DNA of 17,104 nt from Candidatus Sumerlaeia bacterium (GCA_038208905.1 JBBQYG010000081.1:1-17104); one strand, 5' to 3'. Shown: positions 1 through 8,487, counted from the first letter of the stretch. A program made the numbers and translations. Notes: generated by a model not told the origin, from the letters alone.

Positions 1-2
1 TC

Positions 3-1049
3 CACATGGTGTGGCAGAATCCTGACATGGCAGGATTCCGTGATGGGAAGTGGCGTTGGGTGAAGCCCCCCCACTGTAGCATGGGCGTCTCGCCCTTGCA
101 CCACCAGCCTCCGGGGCCACAGTCTTCCGACCACCGGCAGCCTGGTCCTTCGCCCGGCGCCTTCACGCCGACGCTGACCGTGCATGGGCAGGATGCCCAT
201 GCTACCGTATTATCCGTCCTCTGCCGTTCGCTGGAACAAGTGCAGGCCGCGGTGGCCGCCGGTTGCATCGACACCATCTACACCGACTTCGAGGACATCC
301 GCCTGCACCGCGAGGCGCGCGCGGTGATCCCCTCCGACGGACCGCGGTTTGTGCCGGCGACGATCCGCATCGTGAAGCCGGGTGACTCAGGGTTTGTGAA
401 GATCCTGCTGAAGTCGGAACCCGACGCGATCCTGCTTCGCAACCTGGCGAGCTGGGAAATCCTGCGCCACGAGGCGCCGGGCCTCCCGATGCTGGGCGAC
501 TATTCGCTGAATGTTGCCAACGATCTGACGGCGCGGCTCCTGCGCTCGAAGGGGATCGGGCTGCTGACGCCGAGCTATGATCTCAACATCGACCAGTTGC
601 TCGCGCTGCTGCGGCGCGCGCCGGCGGAGTGGTTCGAGGTCACCGCCCATCAGTACATGCCGATGTTCCACATGGAGCACTGCGTGTTCTGCCGCTTCCT
701 TTCGGACGGCACCGATTTCACCAACTGCGGGCGTCCCTGCGAATCGCACACGGTGGCCCTCCGCGACCGCACGGGGCTGGATCACCTGGTGAAGGCCGAC
801 GCTGGGTGCCGCAATACGGTGTTCAACGGCACGGCACAGAGCGCCTCCGAATACCTCTCTCCCCTGCTCGCGGCTGGAGTGCGGCGGTTCCGCATCGACC
901 TTCTGGCCGAGGACGCCGCCGCGACGCGCAAGGCCATCGACGCCTACTTGCCAGTAATCGAGGGCCGCGCCCAAGGCCGCGACCTGTGGCGAAAGCTCCG
1001 CGCCGTCAGCAAGCTCGGCGTAACCAAGGGCAGCCTCGATCACGAGTGA
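3..1049 (+). CDS. U32 peptidase-family protein (long RlhA/DUF3656-type RNA hydroxylase-like), C-terminal part; probably 5'-truncated by the window edge
   Basis: Frame is open from position 3. LSVLCRSLEQV, IYTDFED, GDYSLNVAN, LTPSYDLN, HQYMPMFHMEHCVFC, CGRPC and DAGCRNTVFN match the Cys-rich C-terminal domain of long U32 proteins. The first ~67 codons are not U32-like and contain REPs. Confidence 0.85.
   Translation, partial: HMVWQNPDMAGFRDGKWRWVKPPHCSMGVSPLHHQPPGPQSSDHRQPGPSPGAFTPTLTVHGQDAHATVLSVLCRSLEQVQAAVAAGCIDTIYTDFEDIRLHREARAVIPSDGPRFVPATIRIVKPGDSGFVKILLKSEPDAILLRNLASWEILRHEAPGLPMLGDYSLNVANDLTARLLRSKGIGLLTPSYDLNIDQLLALLRRAPAEWFEVTAHQYMPMFHMEHCVFCRFLSDGTDFTNCGRPCESHTVALRDRTGLDHLVKADAGCRNTVFNGTAQSASEYLSPLLAAGVRRFRIDLLAEDAAATRKAIDAYLPVIEGRAQGRDLWRKLRAVSKLGVTKGSLDHE
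76..205. repeat. Inverted GTAG-type REP doublet (REPIN-like) inside the U32 reading frame
   Basis: 76-100 GTAGCATGGGCGTCTCGCCCTTGCA versus the reverse complement of 181-205, GTAGCATGGGCATCCTGCCCATGCA: 21/25 identical. Each is a GTAG foot plus an internal palindrome; the spacer is 80 bp. Confidence 0.85.
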
Positions 1050-1052
1050 ATC

Positions 1053-1068
1053 GGGCACGGGTGGTGCT
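1053..1068 (+). promoter_or_regulatory. Possible sigma54 (-24/-12) promoter
   Basis: GGGCACGGGTGGTGCT versus consensus TGGCACG-N4-TTGCW. Exact GG-N10-GC spacing with 2 mismatches; intergenic, about 50 nt upstream of ATG 1121. Confidence 0.4.
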
Positions 1069-1107
1069 CCTTTTGCCCCACTCTGGCGAAGGAAACCCCA
1101 TTTTCAC

Positions 1108-1112
1108 GGAGG
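1108..1112 (+). promoter_or_regulatory. Shine-Dalgarno site for ATG 1121
   Basis: GGAGG 8 nt upstream of the ATG. Confidence 0.75.
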
Positions 1113-1120
1113 ATATCGTT

Positions 1121-1780
1121 ATGTTACGGTCGAACTGTCGGTGGTTTTACGGTTTGGCGATTGCGGCAGCAATGCTCGCGGCGCCCGCACTTATTCCCGC
1201 GCAGCAAGACCCGGGCAAGCCGGAGTCCCGGCCCGTCCGCGTTGAGATCTCCGTTGTGCGGGTCGATTTCGACTCGAAGCACCCGATGGGTTCCCAGGTT
1301 TCCACGGAGGACATCCAAGGGGCGATGAAGGACGGCGGCGTGGTGGCGATTTCCAAGCTGCTGGAGAAGGAAGGCAAGGTGCAGCTCGCCTTTCGCACGG
1401 AGGGAAGCGGTTTCACCGACGACGGGACCATCCGGGCCTTTTTGGGCCAGGAGAAGCCGTTCATTACCACGCTCGAGACGAAGAAGGGCGAGGGCGTGTC
1501 CAAGACGACAACACAGTCCACCATCTCCTCCGGCATTACGGCGGATTACGCGGTGACCAAGGACGGGGAGGATGGATGGAGGGTGACCTATAAGATCGAC
1601 TACGATGCAGCCGCCCCAGAGGAGCAGGAGGGTGCCACCGTGGTGGGGCGCATCCGCTCTCAGGTGTCTGGGCGCGCGGCCCTTCCGTCGGGTGGCGGAT
1701 TGCATGTGGGGCGCGTGACGGGAGACGGCAGCAAGGGACCGTATGAGTTGATCGCGATCTCGAAGGTGACGGTTGACTGA
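1121..1780 (+). CDS. Secreted hypothetical protein, divergent secretin-core-like domain (219 aa)
   Basis: RBS present; signal peptide (FYGLAIAAAMLAAPALIPA). Segments VRVEISVVRVD, LLEKEGKVQL, FLGQEKPF, SGITADY and RAALPSGGGLHVGRV occur in the order of secretin-core motifs. The CDS is confident; the family call is tentative. Confidence 0.65.
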   Translation: MLRSNCRWFYGLAIAAAMLAAPALIPAQQDPGKPESRPVRVEISVVRVDFDSKHPMGSQVSTEDIQGAMKDGGVVAISKLLEKEGKVQLAFRTEGSGFTDDGTIRAFLGQEKPFITTLETKKGEGVSKTTTQSTISSGITADYAVTKDGEDGWRVTYKIDYDAAAPEEQEGATVVGRIRSQVSGRAALPSGGGLHVGRVTGDGSKGPYELIAISKVTVD

Positions 1781-1790
1781 CGCGGTAGCC

Positions 1791-1819
1791 TTGACCGGCG
1801 GCGGGGAATGTTCCACGGT
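1791..1819 (+). promoter_or_regulatory. Possible sigma70-type promoter
   Basis: TTGACC-N17-CACGGT in the intergenic gap before 1852; good -35, weak -10. Confidence 0.25.
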
Positions 1820-1851
1820 GGCGAACCAATCTTCGTGAAGGGTTCGCCGCC

Positions 1852-2733
1852 ATGGGACTCCGCCGCCTGATGCTTGCCGTCTTGCTTTCCGCGATGACCG
1901 TTCCGCTGGTCGCCGCCGAGTGGGTTGCCTCCGACGCGGGCGAGACAGCCATCGTCGCCATGAAGCACGCGCCGTTTCCCCACGAGTCCCGCAAGGACGG
2001 CTTCACCTCCAAGGAAACCGTCTATCCGGCGGAGACCCATTATGCCGATTCCAGCGTGGGGCTGTTCATTCCCAAGGGATATGTGGTCGGGGAGAAGACG
2101 GACCTTCTTTTCTACTTCCACGGCTGGGGAAATACCATCGCGGGATCCTTGGAGCAATTCAAGCTGCGCGAGCAAGTCGCCGCCTCGCGCAAGAACGTGA
2201 TCCTTGTTTTTCCCGAGGGCCCCGTGAATGCCAACGACTCCGGCCTGGGAAAGCTGGAGGACGCCGATGGCCTGAAAAATCTGGTGGGCGAGGTGCTCGA
2301 GACCCTGACCGCGGAGAAGAAAATCCCGAGCGCCAACGCGGGGCGAATCCTGCTCTCAGGCCACAGCGGCGCCTTTCGCGGTATCGCATTCTGCCTGGAT
2401 CGCGGTGACATGGAGGAACACGTCAGCGACGTATTCCTACTGGATGCCGCCTATGCCAATACCGACTACATGGGAGCCTGGGCTATCCGCCGCAAGGGCG
2501 CGCGCCTGAGCAGCGTGTTCACCGATCATCTGGCCGCCGACAATACCAACATCATGGCGATACTTTCCGCGGCGAATCAGCCCTTCGCCGTGCGCATGGA
2601 CCCGGACTGGACACCAGAGGACTTGGCGGCGAACCGGTTCTTCTTCCTGCACACGGAGAAGCGGACCCACAACCAGTGTACCGAGCTACTGGAGCCGTTC
2701 CTCCGCGCCAGCACGCTGACCAACATTCAATGA
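1852..2733 (+). CDS. Secreted alpha/beta-hydrolase-fold protein
   Basis: Signal peptide, YFHGW oxyanion motif, SGHSGA nucleophile elbow, LLDA and a C-terminal His (THN). Start is 1852 or 1870. Confidence 0.8.
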   Translation: MGLRRLMLAVLLSAMTVPLVAAEWVASDAGETAIVAMKHAPFPHESRKDGFTSKETVYPAETHYADSSVGLFIPKGYVVGEKTDLLFYFHGWGNTIAGSLEQFKLREQVAASRKNVILVFPEGPVNANDSGLGKLEDADGLKNLVGEVLETLTAEKKIPSANAGRILLSGHSGAFRGIAFCLDRGDMEEHVSDVFLLDAAYANTDYMGAWAIRRKGARLSSVFTDHLAADNTNIMAILSAANQPFAVRMDPDWTPEDLAANRFFFLHTEKRTHNQCTELLEPFLRASTLTNIQ

Positions 2734-3773
2734 CCCAGCGGCGGGATCACGCGCTGGACGCCGTGCGCGGGGTCTGCCTGATGTCGATGGTGGCGGCCCA
2801 TGTTGGGGATCCCACGTGGCTTAATTGGGCATTGCACCTCCCCGGTTTTACCAACGGCGCATCGGGCTTCGTGCTGGTGTCGGGGATCGCGTTGGGCATC
2901 GTCAGCGCCCGCCGCGTCGGGCGGATCGGCATGGGCGGGGCGATCTCCCGCATTCTGCGCCGCGCGGGCCAGCTCTGGCTGGCACATTTGTTCCTCGCGC
3001 TCGGGATGCTCTGCGCCTCGGAGGCGATGGGCGGCATGAGGTCGGTGCCTCCCGTCGGTGAGAGTGGCGGATGGGGCGTCGTCCTGCTTCGGGTGGCGGC
3101 ACTGATTTTCCAGCCCACCTACATGGACATCCTCCCGATGTATATCTGGTGCCTGCTGGCCGCGGTGCCGACGCTGCTGCTGATGCCGCGCGGCTGGGCC
3201 ATCCCTGTGGCGATCTCGTTGGCGCTGTATCTCGCGGTGCAGTGGGACCCCATGTTCATGAACTTCGGGCTGAAGCGTCCCGGCCTCGTCAGGGGATTTC
3301 ATGTATGGGCATGGCAGTTTCTCTTCGTGGGGGGACTAGCAATCGGGTGGAAGTGTCCCCCTGCCCTGTGGAGGATTCCCGTCTGGACGTCGGCGGTAGT
3401 GTGCGCGGCGTTGATTGCGTTGGTGCGCTGGCCCGGGGCGGAGCCGCTGTTCGACCTGTACACGATGGGAGTGGCACGCCTCCTCGGCACGGTCGCCGGG
3501 CTTGCGCTCCTGCACGGGCTGCTTTCCCGCGCGCCGGGATCGATTCTGGGTGTCTTCGCCCTGCCGGGGCGCCACGCACTCACGCTCTTCGTGGCCCACT
3601 TTGCCTTTATCTTTCTGGGTTACGGCCTGACGGCGCCGTCTTGGCATCCTGCGGCGCGGGAGCTGTACCTCCTTGCGTCCCTCGCCGCGCTCTGGCTGCT
3701 TGCACGGGCTATTGAACAGTGGAGAGAGCGGAAGCCTTCATGGACTCCATCACCGGCAAGCCCAAGTCCCTGA
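2730..3773 (+). CDS. OpgC-domain membrane acyltransferase (succinyltransferase-like)
   Basis: ATGA overlap with the upstream stop. Motifs RDHALDAVRG, GFVLVSG, RRAGQLWLAH, FQPTYMDILPMY, WAWQFLF and GRHAL; multiple transmembrane segments. Confidence 0.85.
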   Translation: MTQRRDHALDAVRGVCLMSMVAAHVGDPTWLNWALHLPGFTNGASGFVLVSGIALGIVSARRVGRIGMGGAISRILRRAGQLWLAHLFLALGMLCASEAMGGMRSVPPVGESGGWGVVLLRVAALIFQPTYMDILPMYIWCLLAAVPTLLLMPRGWAIPVAISLALYLAVQWDPMFMNFGLKRPGLVRGFHVWAWQFLFVGGLAIGWKCPPALWRIPVWTSAVVCAALIALVRWPGAEPLFDLYTMGVARLLGTVAGLALLHGLLSRAPGSILGVFALPGRHALTLFVAHFAFIFLGYGLTAPSWHPAARELYLLASLAALWLLARAIEQWRERKPSWTPSPASPSP

Positions 3774-4552
3774 TCGGCATGGTCCATCTGGCCGCGCTGC
3801 CGGGAACTCCGCGAGGCACCCTCTCCGTCGCCGATATCGTCGCGGCCGCGGTGGCGGAGGCCCGCCTCCTCGCGCGCCACGGCTATGACGCGATCCTTGT
3901 CGAGAACATGCACGACGCGCCGTACCTCAAGCGCCAGGTTGGTCCCGAGATCGTTGCCGCCATGACCGCCGCCTGCCTCGCAATTCGGGAAGCGGTGGCG
4001 CTCCCGCTCGGCGTGCAGATCCTGGCTGGAGCAAACCGCGAGGCCCTGGCCGTGGCCCACGCCGTGGGCGCGCAATTTATCAGGGCAGAGGGCTTCGTCT
4101 TTGCCCACGTCGCCGACGAGGGCCTGATCGAGAGCGACGCGGGGGAGCTGCTCCGCTACCGCCGCGCCATCGGCGCCACCGGCGTCCTGATCGCGGCGGA
4201 CATTAAGAAGAAGCACTCAAGCCACGCCATCACCGCCGACGTGGACCTAGCGGAAACAGCCCACGCGGCGGAATTCTTTGGCGCCGACGCCCTGATCGTA
4301 ACGGGCACCGCCACGGGCAAGGAAACCGACCCAGCCGACTTGAAGGCCTGCGCGGCGGGAAGTTCGCTCTCCCGCATGGTGGGCTCGGGCGTGGACGTCA
4401 ACAACCTGCCAAAGCTGTGGGCGTTGGCCGATGGATTCGTCGTGGGAAGCTCGATCAAGATCGGCGGCGACTGGCGGAACGCCATCGACGAGTCCCGGGC
4501 CAAGGGCTTGGCCGACGTTTTCGCCGAACTTTCGCGTGGGGTTCGTGGGTAA
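3740..4552 (+). CDS. BtpA/SgcQ family TIM-barrel protein
   Basis: IGMVHLAALPGTP, VENMHDAPY, ADIKKKHSSH, DALIVTGTATG, VGSGV and VGSSIK. Overlaps the upstream gene by 34 bp. Confidence 0.92.
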   Translation: MDSITGKPKSLIGMVHLAALPGTPRGTLSVADIVAAAVAEARLLARHGYDAILVENMHDAPYLKRQVGPEIVAAMTAACLAIREAVALPLGVQILAGANREALAVAHAVGAQFIRAEGFVFAHVADEGLIESDAGELLRYRRAIGATGVLIAADIKKKHSSHAITADVDLAETAHAAEFFGADALIVTGTATGKETDPADLKACAAGSSLSRMVGSGVDVNNLPKLWALADGFVVGSSIKIGGDWRNAIDESRAKGLADVFAELSRGVRG

Positions 4553-4625
4553 TCTCCACATCCCAGGAAACTTTCGGCTGGCACCCCGCGAGGATTGCCC
4601 CCCAATTGGTCGCAAGGACTGAACA

Positions 4626-5387
4626 ATGAAGGTCAAGCTCTTCACCGGTGATATCATCGACGCGCCGGTGGACGTGGTGGTGTCGGCAACGAATCCCGCG
4701 CTCGAGATGGTCTCGGCGACGGGAAGCTCGCTGCATACCGCGGGCGGGCCCGCAATTCAGGAAGAGTGCAACCGCCTGATCAAGAACGAGCGCATCTACA
4801 TGGGGCGCCGCTTCTTTCCCGAGGGCACCGCCCACTGGACCTCCGCCGGCGCGCTCCCGCTCAAGGGGATCATCCACTGCGTGGCGCTGGATGCCTTTCT
4901 TGGAACCTCCTACGAGACGGTGGAGCGTTGCGTTTACAACTCCGTGCGCCTCGCGGGCCTCCACGACTGCCGCTCGATCGCGATGCCGCTCTTCAATACC
5001 GGAGCCGGGCGATACGATTTCACGGGATCGCTCCAGCTCATTCTCCACATCCTCGAGGACTACGAAGAAGACCTCCCCGAGGAAGTCGTCATCCTCGCGC
5101 GCGGCGACTGGCTTGAAAAGGCCCAGCGCATGATCGACACCGTGTTCTATTCCGCGGGCCGCGTGGATCCCTCGGCGCCCCGCGCGGGGGCGGCCATGTT
5201 GGGAGCACCCATTGCCGATGCGGCAGCCGCCGGGGAGGAGTTGGACTCCGCCATCTTCGACGAGATGGAGAGCGCAGCCGAGATCGATCCCGATCTGGAT
5301 ATCGACCTGGATCACGCGGCCACCCCGGCAGACGACGCCGATCTGGACCTCGATCTGGACGACCATCTCGACGACGAGCTCGACTGA
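4626..5387 (+). CDS. Macro-domain protein with degenerate motifs and an Asp-rich C-terminal tail
   Basis: GDI, DVVV, AGGPAIQEEC, TSAGALP.KGIIHCV and SIAMPLFNTG; AAGGA RBS upstream. Confidence 0.85.
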   Translation: MKVKLFTGDIIDAPVDVVVSATNPALEMVSATGSSLHTAGGPAIQEECNRLIKNERIYMGRRFFPEGTAHWTSAGALPLKGIIHCVALDAFLGTSYETVERCVYNSVRLAGLHDCRSIAMPLFNTGAGRYDFTGSLQLILHILEDYEEDLPEEVVILARGDWLEKAQRMIDTVFYSAGRVDPSAPRAGAAMLGAPIADAAAAGEELDSAIFDEMESAAEIDPDLDIDLDHAATPADDADLDLDLDDHLDDELD

Positions 5388-5392
5388 GCAAC

Positions 5393-6523
5393 ATGACCCG
5401 CCAGGTCGAACCGCTCGTCACCGTCATCATTCCCTCGTTCAATATGGCGGAGCACCTCCCCCACGCGGTGAGGAGCGTCCTCCGCCAGCACTATCACCAC
5501 TTCGAAATCCTCGTCGTTGACGACGGCTCCACCGACAACACCGAGGAGGTGGCTGGAGCCTTCCGCGACCGCCGCGTCCATTACATCCGGCGCGAGAACG
5601 GCGGCCTTTCCGCCGCGCGCAACACGGGCCTGCGCGAGGCGCGCGGGAAGTACATCTGCTTTCTGGACGCCGACGACTCGTTCCTTCCCGGAAAGACGGC
5701 GGCCCAAGTGCGCTTTCTGGAAGACCATCCCTACGCGGCGATGGTGACGGGGAACACGCTGAGGACGGACGCGGAGTGGCGCACGCTGTATCGCATGTCG
5801 CTCCCCGCGGGGCTTGTCAGGCCGCCGTCGCTGCTGGTGTCCAACCTGTTTCCCGTGAACGCCGTGCTGCTCCGCGCGTCGTGGGCGCGCAAGGTGGGCG
5901 CCTTTGACGAGACGCTGAAGGGCGCCGAGGACTGGGACTACTTCGTCCGCCTGGTTTTCGAGGGAGGCCGTATCCTCCACCAGCCGCAGTACGTCTGCCA
6001 GTACCGCGTTTTCCCCAACAGCATGTCGGCGAATCCCGAGCGCCAGACCGAGGCGATCATGACGGTGGCCAACCGCATCTTCGCCCATCCCGACTTGCCG
6101 ATCGCGCTGGCGCCACTGCGGAGCCGCGCACTCGCGGAGGCGTATCTCTCTGGCGCCGTGAAGGCCTACTTCTCCGGCAATATCGGTCTCGGCAGGAAGT
6201 ATCTCCTCCTCGCGGATGAGCACAATCCGGAGCTGGCCGAGCGCGACTACTGGCCTGTGGTGAATCGCTTTGTCTATCTCTCGCGCATGATTCCCGTGGC
6301 GGAGCGGCGCGCGTTGCTGCGTCGCCTGATGACGCAACTCCCCAAGCGGATGCTCGCGATGCGGAGCCATGAATCGACGCTCGATTTTCTTCTGAGAAAG
6401 GAGCGGGTCTTCGAAGCATGGGACCGCCGCGACCCGCGCGAAGTGGCGGCGGCGCTGGCGCGCCTTGCAATACGCCATCCCTTCGAGTTGCCGCGCTACC
6501 TCCTGTCGCGGTGCAACCCGTGA
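5393..6523 (+). CDS. Glycosyltransferase family 2
   Basis: VTVIIPSFN, VVDDGSTD, ENGGLSAARNTG, FLDADD and EDWD. Confidence 0.95.
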   Translation: MTRQVEPLVTVIIPSFNMAEHLPHAVRSVLRQHYHHFEILVVDDGSTDNTEEVAGAFRDRRVHYIRRENGGLSAARNTGLREARGKYICFLDADDSFLPGKTAAQVRFLEDHPYAAMVTGNTLRTDAEWRTLYRMSLPAGLVRPPSLLVSNLFPVNAVLLRASWARKVGAFDETLKGAEDWDYFVRLVFEGGRILHQPQYVCQYRVFPNSMSANPERQTEAIMTVANRIFAHPDLPIALAPLRSRALAEAYLSGAVKAYFSGNIGLGRKYLLLADEHNPELAERDYWPVVNRFVYLSRMIPVAERRALLRRLMTQLPKRMLAMRSHESTLDFLLRKERVFEAWDRRDPREVAAALARLAIRHPFELPRYLLSRCNP

Positions 6524-7797
6524 GGATCCTCCACGTCTCCGAATACCGCCTCGGCAACGGCGCCGCCGTGGCCGCCCATCGCCTGATGGTTGCGCTGGCG
6601 GAGCGCGGCCTCCAAGTGGAGAAGATATACATCTATCCCGGTGGGGACAAAACGGCGTCCGCCTTTCCCGAGAATTGTATCGAGGAGGATGGAGGAGCTT
6701 TCCAGAAACTTCGCGACCGCGTGCGGTTTCGTCTGCACGAGCGACTCTCCATGTCGCGGTTCCCCCCGCTGGCCGAGTGGTCGGCGCGGCGCCTGCTCTC
6801 TCCCTTCTATCGCAAAAATGCGCGCGCAATCCAGCACGACGCGACACAGGGTGGCTTCGATGCCATCCACTTCCACAACGTCTCGCTGATGCTCGGGCAC
6901 GAGGACATCGCCCGCCTCTCCCGCGAATTCCCCATCGTGTGGTCCATGCACGACTGCCACGCAGCGCATGGATATGCATATCGCTATGCGATCGATGGCG
7001 GAGCCGTCCGCACCGATCCTCCCACGCGCCTGCTGCGCAGCATCCGCACGCCGCGCCGCTGGTATCGCCGCGCGGGAACAATCGCGCTCGTGAGCCCATC
7101 GTGCTGGCTCGCCGAGGAGGCACCGCTCCACGGTCCGCCGGTTTCTGTGATCCCTTACGGCGTGCCGGGTGGGGACTTCTTCCCCATCGCCCAGGCCGAG
7201 GCGCGCGCAGCAATGGGCATCCCGGCGGACGGTCGGCTGAAGGTGCTCGCCATCGCCGGAGACCTACGCCATCCGCGCAAGAACTTCGCCGTGGTCGCCG
7301 ACTGCATGAAGTCGCTCCGAAACGAGCCCGTGGATTTTCTTTGCCTTGGCAACGCCGACGAGGAATTCCGCCGCGCCCACCCGGGCGCGACGTTCCTTGG
7401 CTTCGCCTCCACATCCGAACGACTGCGCCAGGCCTACTCCGCCGCCGACGTGACCGTGGTGCCGTCGCTGATCGACAACCTTCCCAACACGGCGATTGAG
7501 AGCCTCCTCTGCGGCACCCCCGTCGCGGGCTCCAACGCGGGCGGCATTCCCGATATCGTAATCCCGGGCGAAACGGGATGGCTCTTTGATCCCCGAAACA
7601 GCGAACAGTTGGCGGCGATCCTCAAGCGCCTCTCCGGCCACCCCGCCGAGCACCGCACCTTGGCGGGGGGATGTGCCGACACCGCGGCGGCACGCTATGG
7701 CAGCGGGCTCCAGGCCGACCGCATGGTGGCCCTCTATGCCGACCTGATCGCGCGCCACCAAAGGGCGGGCTTGCCACCGTCGGGCCAGGGCCAATAG
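6520..7797 (+). CDS. Glycosyltransferase family 4 (WcaC-like)
   Basis: GTG start overlapping the upstream TGA. RILHVS, GAAVAAHRL, WSMHD, VSPSCWL and PSLIDNLPNTAIESLLCGTPV. Confidence 0.92.
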   Translation: MRILHVSEYRLGNGAAVAAHRLMVALAERGLQVEKIYIYPGGDKTASAFPENCIEEDGGAFQKLRDRVRFRLHERLSMSRFPPLAEWSARRLLSPFYRKNARAIQHDATQGGFDAIHFHNVSLMLGHEDIARLSREFPIVWSMHDCHAAHGYAYRYAIDGGAVRTDPPTRLLRSIRTPRRWYRRAGTIALVSPSCWLAEEAPLHGPPVSVIPYGVPGGDFFPIAQAEARAAMGIPADGRLKVLAIAGDLRHPRKNFAVVADCMKSLRNEPVDFLCLGNADEEFRRAHPGATFLGFASTSERLRQAYSAADVTVVPSLIDNLPNTAIESLLCGTPVAGSNAGGIPDIVIPGETGWLFDPRNSEQLAAILKRLSGHPAEHRTLAGGCADTAAARYGSGLQADRMVALYADLIARHQRAGLPPSGQGQ

Positions 7798-7806
7798 TCA
7801 CACGCC

Positions 7807-8487
7807 ATGAGCCATCATCGCTATGCCGCCCTCATCCCCATCAAGGACCACTCCGAGCGCGTCCCGGGGAAAAACTTCCGCCCCCTGGCGACCCAGCCCC
7901 TGTGGGTCCACATCGTGGAAACGTTGGGATCGCTTGACGAGATCGCGGCTATCTATATAGACACAGACTCCGCGCGATTCACCGCCGAGGCGCTGGCTCC
8001 CCATCCAAAGGTCCGCATCATCGAGCGACCCGAGGCCCTGCGCGGCGACTTTGTCTCCACCAACAAGCTCTTCGCCCACGACCTCTCCGTGATTCCCGCG
8101 GAGTTCGACCGCTTCTTCCAAACTCACACGACGAATCCGCTCCTCAAGGCCGACACGATTCGCGAGGCCATGCGCGCCTTCGAGGCGAGCGACCGCGACT
8201 CGCTCTTCAGCGTCACCGCCCACCACGCACGCTTCTATCGGCGGGATCGTTCCTCGGTGAATCACGATCCGGCGGTGCTGCTTAGGACTCAGGATCTCGA
8301 TCCCATGCTGGAGGAGAACTCCAACCTCTACCTCTTTACGCGCGACTCCTTCGCCGCGACCAGCGCGCGCATCGGGAAGCGCCCGCTGCTCTTCGAGATG
8401 GATCGCCTCGAAGCCACCGACATCGACGACGAGGAAACCTGGCAACTCGCCGAGGCCCTCCTCCGCCTGCCGCGCTTCGCCCAATGA
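7807..8487 (+). CDS. Acylneuraminate cytidylyltransferase family protein (NeuA-like CMP-ulosonate synthetase)
   Basis: IPIKDHSERVPGKN, IDTDS, RP, QTHTTNPLL, DSLFSV, RTQDL, ENSNLY and DIDDE. Confidence 0.9.
   Translation: MSHHRYAALIPIKDHSERVPGKNFRPLATQPLWVHIVETLGSLDEIAAIYIDTDSARFTAEALAPHPKVRIIERPEALRGDFVSTNKLFAHDLSVIPAEFDRFFQTHTTNPLLKADTIREAMRAFEASDRDSLFSVTAHHARFYRRDRSSVNHDPAVLLRTQDLDPMLEENSNLYLFTRDSFAATSARIGKRPLLFEMDRLEATDIDDEETWQLAEALLRLPRFAQ

Noticed and set aside
76..205. Rho-independent terminator or CRISPR interpretation of the palindromes
   Set aside because: No U-tract, the copies are inverted rather than direct, there are only two, and they lie in an open frame.
629..1120. N-terminal extension of the 383-aa ORF
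   Set aside because: Overlaps the U32 gene out of frame; the RBS and signal peptide support 1121.
4579..4598. TGGCAC...TTGC sigma54-like motif upstream of the macrodomain gene
   Set aside because: The spacer is 10 nt rather than the required 5.
5312..7414. 700-aa minus-strand ORF
   Set aside because: Antisense to two clear glycosyltransferases; Arg/Pro/Gly-rich and motif-free, typical of a GC-rich shadow ORF.
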